Position numbers and translations under genes: made by a program. Positions 57,098 through 64,000 of a stretch of 64,000 nt of DNA are shown in pieces. Position 1 is the stretch's first letter. Each line of letters starts with the position of its first letter. A model generated the notes under the pieces. It was not told the origin of the DNA and ran no database searches. It worked only from the letters and a program-made list of their open reading frames with translations. Source of the stretch: an uncultured Fibrobacterota bacterium (lineage in GTDB: Bacteria > Fibrobacterota > Chitinivibrionia > Chitinivibrionales > FEN-1185); the NCBI GenBank assembly GCA_963729895.1, contig CAVSQB010000009.1, forward strand, positions 64,001 through 128,000, in the 5' to 3' direction.

Positions 57098-60000
57098 ATG
57101 CACGGAAGAACGCACATTGCAAAGCTATTGCTACGTAAAGCATTTCCCACGGTCGGGCTGGTGCTGGTGGTTGCCTTGCACGCGACCTTCTCCGCCACAC
57201 TGAATTGGGCAAGCCCTCAGGACGGTGACACCAGGTGGAGCAACGATGCAAACTGGAGCGGAGGCAGGGCTCCGGGTTTCGCCGATACAGCCGTTTTTGG
57301 TTCAAGGGGGAAAAGGCTTGCCCCGTGCGTTCTCGACACGGATGCCGCGGTCGGAAAGTTTGTCCTGCGCAAGGAATACGCTTCCACGTTCGACCTTCAC
57401 GGCCATTGTCTGTCCATAACCGGCGACGCCTGCGAATTCCGCTCCGTCGGAGCTGTTGACGGCGCAACCGACACCCTCAGGTTCGGAACATCGCTGCCGT
57501 CGGTACTCCGCGCCCGGGGAAACGTATACCTCGATCGGGTGTCGGTAAACGGAGATGTGCGGCTGGAACTTTTGGGAGACAAACAGACCCTCCGGCTTCC
57601 GAAGACCTTCCACCTCGCAAAACTGGTGCAAAGCAACAGAATCGGCTCCTCCGTAATCGCCGAAGCCGGGGCAGCATTGACAATTGACACGTTTGTCATC
57701 CGGTCAGGCACGCTCGACCTGGGAGGCGGTTCCTCCGGCGCGATCGCCGTGACCGTCCGGTCTTTCTCGGCGGCCGGAGGCGGCATCACTTTCGGCGGAT
57801 CGATGCTGACGTTTACGGGTGATACTGTAAACCTTTCACGGCTGGGTGTGACGCCGCGGCAGAAGGGAGGAGGCATCGAATTCGGCGGCACCACCGCACA
57901 GGTGTTCATACCTAACGCGGAAGCTTTCTACCCTTCGATCATCCAAAGCGGACCGGTGGGAACAACAATTCTGTCAACCGGTTTCTCGTGCAACCGGCTT
58001 GCCGTTGTCGCCGGCACGCTGCATTTGGGTACTGCCTTGTCTCACGGGGTTTCTTCCCGGCTGCTTGTACGGGGCGCTCTTGATTTTGGAACATCAACGC
58101 TTTCGGTGGCCGCCGATTCGGTCGATTTTTCCGGCGCTGCCGTCCTCATTCCCGGAAACGGCACCGTGGCGTTTACGGGCTCGGCCGGCGTGCAGTGCTT
58201 TGTGCCGAAACCAGACGTCCTTCTTCCAAACCTCATCAAGTCCCGAAGCGGGACCGTTGTTTTGTGCGGCCCGTGTTCTGCGAAGAAACTTTGGATTTCC
58301 GACGGAACCTTTGATTGCGGCGATTACAAATGCGAGCTCACGGGCTTTTCGGCTATCGGCGGCACCCTCGCGGTCGGCTCCGACAGCCTCATTGTCAACG
58401 GCAACGCGCTCTTTTCGGGCCTGTCCGGAATGCTCACCAGGTCCGGGCCGGTTGTCGTCAAAGCCTCGGGAGCTGCGGCCGCTTCGGTTTTCTCATCCGG
58501 AAATCGGGTCATCAACAACCTGGTGCTGTATGCCGCTCCCTCCGGCGGCAGCGCGCGAATCATCCCGACATCGGGCGCGCATTGCGTGAGGCATTGTACC
58601 TTCGAATGGAACCGGTCGCCCGACAGCGCTCTTTTTGATTTCAGCCGGAACAACGCCTCGCTCACGGTCTACGATTCCGCGGACGTCCTTGCGCACGGCG
58701 CGGGACCGGACAAGGGATGCATATACATGGGAAAAGGCACCTGGACGTTTGCCGGTAATTTCTCCCTCGCAAACTATGCCCGGGACGGCTCAAAAGTGGT
58801 TTTCACCGCCGACTCGGGTGTGCAAACGGTTTCGGCCCCGCTTGCGCTGGGCGACGTGATCGATTCCGGAGCAGGCACGCTTCAACTGGCCTCTCCTCTT
58901 AAATGCCGGTCTTTCTCACAAACGGGGGGAACCCTCGATTTCAACGGTAACGCCCTTTTCACCGAAAATGATTTTGTCCTTGTGAACGGGTCGGACACAT
59001 CCATTGCGCAGTCAAAACGAGGGTGGAAAATAGACGCCGGAGGCGATGCCCGGCTGGGAGGAACGGTTTCGAACTACCTTGCCATTGTGAACGCCGTTTC
59101 GTGCACGGTGAGCGCGGCAGGTTCGGTTACGGCTCGGTATGCCGTACTCAAGAATTGCAGGGCGCAGCCGCAGAAAGGCCTCGCCTCCAACTGCACCGAC
59201 AGCCTCGGCAACGCCAACTGGGTGTTCTCGAACAAGCCCATGCCTCCAACCGGGCTGCTCGCGCGGCGCGGCAACGGTTCCGTGGCTCTCACGTGGAACA
59301 GGAGCCCTTCCGCGGATGCGCTGCGGTATTTCCTCTATGTGGAAATATCCGCTTCTCCTTCGGCAAAGCGCGATTCCACCGATTCGGCGGCAGATACTGC
59401 AAGAACGATAACAAAGTTGATTAATGGTAAGCAGTATCATGTCCGCGTTACCGTTCGCGACAGCGCCGGCTACGAGAGCGATTTCTCCAACGAAGTGTGC
59501 ATCACACCCGATTCCGGGCTGCTTGACATCGGCGCAGGCCGCGTGTCTTTCGGCAGGGTGACGCTCGGATCGATCCGTGACAGCGTGATTCCGCTGTGGA
59601 ACGGCTGCAGCGACACGATAGTGGTTTCGGCTGTCAAGATATCCTCCGCGGCTTTTACGAGCAGTATCGACTCGCTCAGGATTCCGCCCAAGCAACTTGT
59701 TTTGGATACGCTGGCGTTCAGGCCTAAGCAGCAAGGCTGCGATTCGGCCCTTATCGTTCTCATAAGCAACGCCGCGTCGAGCCCCGACACAATCCGGAGC
59801 TTCGGTACCGGTGCGTCGCCGCATCTCGACGCAACCCCGGATACCGTGATGTTCGAATCGCCAGGTTCGGGCAAAGCCGTGTGTCGAACGATTCTCATCA
59901 GAAACTCCGGCAACGACACCCTCCGGATTTCGCAGGTATCGCGGCTCGAAACGGGCGATTATGTGGTAGACAGTGTGTTTACCATGTCACCGATGCATGA

Positions 60001-60454
60001 TCTGGCGCCGGGTGATTCGTGCGTCGACACCGTACGATTCGCGCCCGCAAGACCGGGGACCTGTTCCGCCCTGTTTCTCTTGAAGAGCAATTGCACGACG
60101 CCGGTCGATACCATCTTTGCATTTGCCAAGAGCGGGGACATTCCGTCAACCGAAACGCCGCCTGCCGCGGTACCGAAAGATTTTTCTTTCCAGGAAGCGA
60201 CGGCCGTGGGAAGGTCGGTCATTTTTAAGTATGCCCTTCCCGTGCCGTCGCGAGTTACCCTGGATGTTTACAACGCGATCGGAAGGTTCATCGAGCGGCC
60301 TCTTGAAAACATGCAGAACGCGCGCGAATACCAGTTCTCGTGGGACGGTTCGCAACTGTGCCGAGGAATTTACTTTTGCAGGTTCAAGGCGGCGGATTCG
60401 GACGACTCTGACCCAAATTTCACGAAAACCGTGCGGATTGTGTTTTCGAAGTAG
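57098..60454 (+). CDS. Large secreted protein: beta-helix-like repeats, FN3, two Ig-like (choice-of-anchor D-like) domains, T9SS-like C-terminus
   Basis: 'WSNDANWSGG..P', repeated 'GGTLD.G', FN3 'PTGL.A..GNGSV.LTW...YESDFS', 'IRNSGNDTLRI', 'DVYNAIGR...GIYFCR'. Confidence 0.7.
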   Translation: MHGRTHIAKLLLRKAFPTVGLVLVVALHATFSATLNWASPQDGDTRWSNDANWSGGRAPGFADTAVFGSRGKRLAPCVLDTDAAVGKFVLRKEYASTFDLHGHCLSITGDACEFRSVGAVDGATDTLRFGTSLPSVLRARGNVYLDRVSVNGDVRLELLGDKQTLRLPKTFHLAKLVQSNRIGSSVIAEAGAALTIDTFVIRSGTLDLGGGSSGAIAVTVRSFSAAGGGITFGGSMLTFTGDTVNLSRLGVTPRQKGGGIEFGGTTAQVFIPNAEAFYPSIIQSGPVGTTILSTGFSCNRLAVVAGTLHLGTALSHGVSSRLLVRGALDFGTSTLSVAADSVDFSGAAVLIPGNGTVAFTGSAGVQCFVPKPDVLLPNLIKSRSGTVVLCGPCSAKKLWISDGTFDCGDYKCELTGFSAIGGTLAVGSDSLIVNGNALFSGLSGMLTRSGPVVVKASGAAAASVFSSGNRVINNLVLYAAPSGGSARIIPTSGAHCVRHCTFEWNRSPDSALFDFSRNNASLTVYDSADVLAHGAGPDKGCIYMGKGTWTFAGNFSLANYARDGSKVVFTADSGVQTVSAPLALGDVIDSGAGTLQLASPLKCRSFSQTGGTLDFNGNALFTENDFVLVNGSDTSIAQSKRGWKIDAGGDARLGGTVSNYLAIVNAVSCTVSAAGSVTARYAVLKNCRAQPQKGLASNCTDSLGNANWVFSNKPMPPTGLLARRGNGSVALTWNRSPSADALRYFLYVEISASPSAKRDSTDSAADTARTITKLINGKQYHVRVTVRDSAGYESDFSNEVCITPDSGLLDIGAGRVSFGRVTLGSIRDSVIPLWNGCSDTIVVSAVKISSAAFTSSIDSLRIPPKQLVLDTLAFRPKQQGCDSALIVLISNAASSPDTIRSFGTGASPHLDATPDTVMFESPGSGKAVCRTILIRNSGNDTLRISQVSRLETGDYVVDSVFTMSPMHDLAPGDSCVDTVRFAPARPGTCSALFLLKSNCTTPVDTIFAFAKSGDIPSTETPPAAVPKDFSFQEATAVGRSVIFKYALPVPSRVTLDVYNAIGRFIERPLENMQNAREYQFSWDGSQLCRGIYFCRFKAADSDDSDPNFTKTVRIVFSK

Positions 60455-60600
60455 CAAAAAAGGTCCGCCGCACGCATGACCGGCCTGCTTTTGAGGGGGG
60501 GGGCAGTTTACCGGAGAAACACGTGCGGCAGCCTTCGTGTGTCGATCACTTCTCGTTCCAAAGTCGGACCGCTTTGCGGTCGGTGATGCCAACTCCATTC

Positions 60601-62304
60601 CTATTGAGCCGTAAAGGGGACCATTTTTTGGGCACGATTATTTTCGGTCGTCAAGAAGTATACGCCCTTGCCGAACGGCAGTTTCTTGGCGGCAGAGGCA
60701 TTTTTGAAGACGCCCATGAGTCTTCCGTCAAGGGAGTACACCCGGGCGGTCCCGGCGTTGCCAAGGCCGGTCAGCCGTTGAAGCGGGTAAGGAGAAACAG
60801 TCCCGAGCACGGAGCAATCCTGCGCGTTTGCAATGGCAACGGGAACACTCGCACTGATAAGCTGATTGCCGGCTGTTGACGTCGCCGCCAGGGTAACGTT
60901 GGTCAAGCCGTTGCACAGGCTTGAGAATGGGATCGTCTTTGTAATGACGTTGCCCAGCGGATCCGAAGTCAGGTTGGAATCGAGCACCACGACGGTCTTC
61001 GTTCCGCCGAATGAAATCGACACATTGTCCTGCTGGTTGGGCGCGGTGAAGAACATCTGAGCCGTGATGGTAACCCCCGGGTCGGTGGCTGCATTGTAGC
61101 TCGCCTTGTCGGTCTTGAAATTGCACACTACGTCCTGATTGGCGTGAGTGACGCTGTCGCAATGCACCGTGGGAACAAAATATTCCTTCCACGCTCTCTG
61201 CTGGCCGGCTCCAATTTGCGCAGCGGTGTAGAATTGCTGAGAAAGGCCGGCCCACAATTCGATGTATGGAAGTGATGTCCCGGAATTGCTGTTTACGCTT
61301 TGCGGGTACCCCCATGTCCACATCTTGAGTCCGATGGTCTGATCGTTATTCGACACGCGGATTATCCCCTCATCGTTATCATGGTTGATGACACCCCAAA
61401 AGGTATTGAGCGGCGTTGTTGCGTCGGGCCAAGCATACACAATGCCCATGTCCGGCCAGTTTTTCCACCACCTGAGTTTGTTAAACAGATAGACGTTGCC
61501 GCCGACATTCTGTTCCTGACCCTGGCAGGCGCCATAGCCATTCGGAATATTGCAGTTCTTGACAGGGGAAATTATTTCCGCGCCCCCCGTGCACCTCGGA
61601 TCGGTTTTCGACGAACCGGGAGCAAAGGTGCTCATGGTCCAGTACTCGAAGTTCTTTGATTGGGCCGCCGGGTTGTTCAGCACCACGCCGATGTCGATGC
61701 AGTTCCTACCCGATATGATTGAAATAGTGAACGTGCATTCGATGCCCGTAGCGCCGTAATTGAATTTGCCCGGATGCCCGGCGAAATTCACCGTATCCTT
61801 CTGGCTTAGGGACAGGCTCACCGTGTCCGCGGTCTGCTTGACAATCTGGCACAGCCAGGGCCTCAGCCAGAATTTTCCATGCTCAGGCTCGGAAAAGGTG
61901 GGCATGATTCCCGCATATACCATAAGCCAGTTGTAATAAAAATTCCCGGCATTTATGCCGTAGGGCACGCCGCAGGGGGTGGTATACAACTCTTCGTGGT
62001 TCGTCGGTTTGTACACCATCGAAACGATCCTGCCGCCGAAATCCGGCACCACAATGATCTTCAGATATTCATTGTCAATGACTTTGCAGTTGAACGTTCT
62101 TGCCACGCTGGTGTTCGCCTGCGCGGATAGCAGCCCGTAGTCCGCACCGATGGCGTACGTGTTGGTATGCCAGGTGGTGGTCGAGTCTTTGATTGTGACA
62201 GCCGCAAAAACGGAGGAACAAAGAACAAGAAACAAAGCAAGACTCCCCGTACCTGCGTTGCGGGCAGACAAACTGAAACGTTTGACCATCCTCATCATCT
62301 TCAT
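60601..62304 (-). CDS. Secreted DUF5107-like (galactose-mutarotase-like fold) protein with a T9SS-like C-terminus
   Basis: 'IDNEYLKI.V.PDFGGRI.S...K', 'K.WTWG', 'YIELWAG', 'RVYSLDGR...KGVYF'. Confidence 0.7.
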   Translation of the reverse strand: MKMMRMVKRFSLSARNAGTGSLALFLVLCSSVFAAVTIKDSTTTWHTNTYAIGADYGLLSAQANTSVARTFNCKVIDNEYLKIIVVPDFGGRIVSMVYKPTNHEELYTTPCGVPYGINAGNFYYNWLMVYAGIMPTFSEPEHGKFWLRPWLCQIVKQTADTVSLSLSQKDTVNFAGHPGKFNYGATGIECTFTISIISGRNCIDIGVVLNNPAAQSKNFEYWTMSTFAPGSSKTDPRCTGGAEIISPVKNCNIPNGYGACQGQEQNVGGNVYLFNKLRWWKNWPDMGIVYAWPDATTPLNTFWGVINHDNDEGIIRVSNNDQTIGLKMWTWGYPQSVNSNSGTSLPYIELWAGLSQQFYTAAQIGAGQQRAWKEYFVPTVHCDSVTHANQDVVCNFKTDKASYNAATDPGVTITAQMFFTAPNQQDNVSISFGGTKTVVVLDSNLTSDPLGNVITKTIPFSSLCNGLTNVTLAATSTAGNQLISASVPVAIANAQDCSVLGTVSPYPLQRLTGLGNAGTARVYSLDGRLMGVFKNASAAKKLPFGKGVYFLTTENNRAQKMVPFTAQ

Positions 62305-62386
62305 CGGTCAGTTCCCTCCATTGATTCGTGAAACGGTTCTTTGTTCAGCAAATACGACTTTCTGAATCGGCCGATTCACAGGCCCC

Positions 62387-63835
62387 TCACCTGAAATTCT
62401 GATCGGAGAGCCCATGAATGGTGATGTTGTCAAGTCCCATGACGACCGTATCACCCTTGTTTTCCCAGGCGGCGAACTCTATTCTGTCAATGCTGTCGCA
62501 CACGGATGCCCAGGTGAGACCGTCGGTAAGCTGCTTCGAACCGGCCGGAGCCTTGATGTCCCCCGGGTAAATGGTGATTTTTTGCCATGTTGGCGGAGTC
62601 GCTATGACCGTACTGAGCTGTCCCCACCAATCACCAGGAGCATACCCGGCCAACGCCTTGTGGGACCTGAAAACAACCCGTATGTTGCCCTTTCCCATCA
62701 GGTAAAATGAAAATTGGGTCATCGCCGTAAAATCGGCATATCCGCTCCCGCGAGGTGACACAATGCAACTGATATAGGCATAGGGCGTAAGCGCTGGAGG
62801 CTTGGTTCCCATCAGGAACGTAACAATAAAGCTCTTGCCGAAGCAGGCATTGACATCCGTGATCGCCGGCCAGAAATACTGCGCCGTGCCGGGCGGCAGC
62901 AATTGCGTGTTGCCGCTGTCCTGGGCGTCGGTTACCACGAGCCAGTAGCTGTGGCCCGTGATCGGGTTGAGACAGCTCAGGCTGTCGCCGTCGTCGAAAT
63001 CGTCGAGCACCACAAATACATCCCCGTTGTCGTCGACTTCCGCAAGGCTGCCGTTGACAACTTTGTAATACTTTACCATGGAGAAATCTTTTTCGGCGTA
63101 CCATTGCGGCGTTGCCGACGAATCATACGGCTTGAAAATAACGGCGTACGATTGCGACATCGTTGTCTGGTAGAAACTGTAAGAAGGGTTCGCGGCGGAG
63201 CCGCTGTTCACGAACATCACATCCTTGAGATACACGGTGTCGGCGCTTGCCTGGTCCACCTGCACCGGCAGGTAGTTGATGATAGTGTTGCAGCGAAAAC
63301 TTATGTCGTGCTGCCCGAGCGGCACGTGCTGCAGAACATAAAAACCGTCGGCATCCAGGCCGGCGCTTTGCCCGCAACCGGGAACAAAGACGGAAATTGA
63401 GTTGCGGTCGATGAGAGGCCCAAGAAGAAGACGGCCTTTGAGGGTAATCGTTGGTTCGATATATAATACAAACGTGGAATCCAGGTCGGACCTGACCTTC
63501 GAAACAAGGGCTGCCGCACCGCTGTCTCTGTTTCCACAGCTGGCCGCAAAACTTCCCGGCGGCAGGCTGTCGAAACTGCAGAACCCGTTCTCGTCTGTCA
63601 ATTTCGTCCACGCTGCCAGGACGCTGTCGTTATGCCGTGTGATTTCAATCCGACGGAGGATTACCTGCGTCTTCGAATACACGGCCCCGTTGAAGTCGGT
63701 GACGAGACATTCCACCCGGCCGTTGCCGGCTTGCGAACCGGTACCGGCCACGGATTGCTGAGAGGAGCAATCGAGAAACGCGAGGGCGGCAACCGCCGTT
63801 GCAACGGTGAGCGCACAATAGACGCGATTACTCAT
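62387..63835 (-). CDS. Lipoprotein with Ig-like domains and a C-terminal CBM11-like domain
   Basis: Lipobox-like 'AFLDC'; 'VAGTGSQAGNG'; 'LDDFDDGD', 'DFTAMTQFSFY..GKG', 'WQKITI', 'LDNI'. Confidence 0.7.
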   Translation of the reverse strand: MSNRVYCALTVATAVAALAFLDCSSQQSVAGTGSQAGNGRVECLVTDFNGAVYSKTQVILRRIEITRHNDSVLAAWTKLTDENGFCSFDSLPPGSFAASCGNRDSGAAALVSKVRSDLDSTFVLYIEPTITLKGRLLLGPLIDRNSISVFVPGCGQSAGLDADGFYVLQHVPLGQHDISFRCNTIINYLPVQVDQASADTVYLKDVMFVNSGSAANPSYSFYQTTMSQSYAVIFKPYDSSATPQWYAEKDFSMVKYYKVVNGSLAEVDDNGDVFVVLDDFDDGDSLSCLNPITGHSYWLVVTDAQDSGNTQLLPPGTAQYFWPAITDVNACFGKSFIVTFLMGTKPPALTPYAYISCIVSPRGSGYADFTAMTQFSFYLMGKGNIRVVFRSHKALAGYAPGDWWGQLSTVIATPPTWQKITIYPGDIKAPAGSKQLTDGLTWASVCDSIDRIEFAAWENKGDTVVMGLDNITIHGLSDQNFR

Positions 63836-64000
63836 AACGCCTGCGTCTCCTTGGGCTGGGTGTCCTGCGGCTGTTTTCGTTCTTTTGGAACGAGCGGAAA
63901 CAATTGAAAATTGAGTTGGCACACGGTCTGCGAATCGGACTTGTCTTCCACAACCATGTTGAGAATTTCTTCCTTGAAACCCCGTATCCTTTGTTTAATA

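Noticed and set aside
63917..63932. Sigma54-like TGGCACACGGTCTGCG
   Set aside because: Points out of the window; cannot be evaluated.

Overview
Gene-dense, moderately GC-rich window from a diderm bacterium, probably an anaerobe. The Bat operon, the T9SS/FlgD-like C-terminal modules and a lipoprotein with an 'AGTGSQAGN' N-terminus suggest Fibrobacterota (Chitinivibrionia/Chitinispirillia-like); this is inference only. In order: (1) a minus-strand redox operon, mvhD-metF-glutamate-synthase-like FMN/Fe-S gene-second Fe-S gene; (2) a ~17 kb transport operon (ABC ATPase, giant ABC-2 permease, TolC, MFP, RND, RND-ABC ATPase fusion, small ABC-2-like permease) interrupted by an IS5-family element; (3) a nitrogen locus with a NifA-like sigma54 activator, a stand-alone copy of its HTH, a near-consensus sigma54 promoter, amtB-glnK-outer membrane protein, a second IS5-family element, and a convergent ptsI cluster ending in two degenerate PII genes; (4) housekeeping genes (aminopeptidase, tgt, dxs, ispE, dgt); (5) batABCDE; (6) a ParA-TM-LysM-like-M23 peptidase fusion with an atypical receiver protein; (7) secreted carbohydrate-binding/Ig-like proteins. 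The best candidates for undescribed systems are the RND-ABC hybrid machine (its fused NBD is split by a ~4-TM insertion), the trans-membrane ParA-M23 fusion, and the activator/stand-alone HTH circuit with a four-copy palindromic operator. No rRNA, tRNA or CRISPR array was seen. All calls come from reading motifs by eye; no searches were run.
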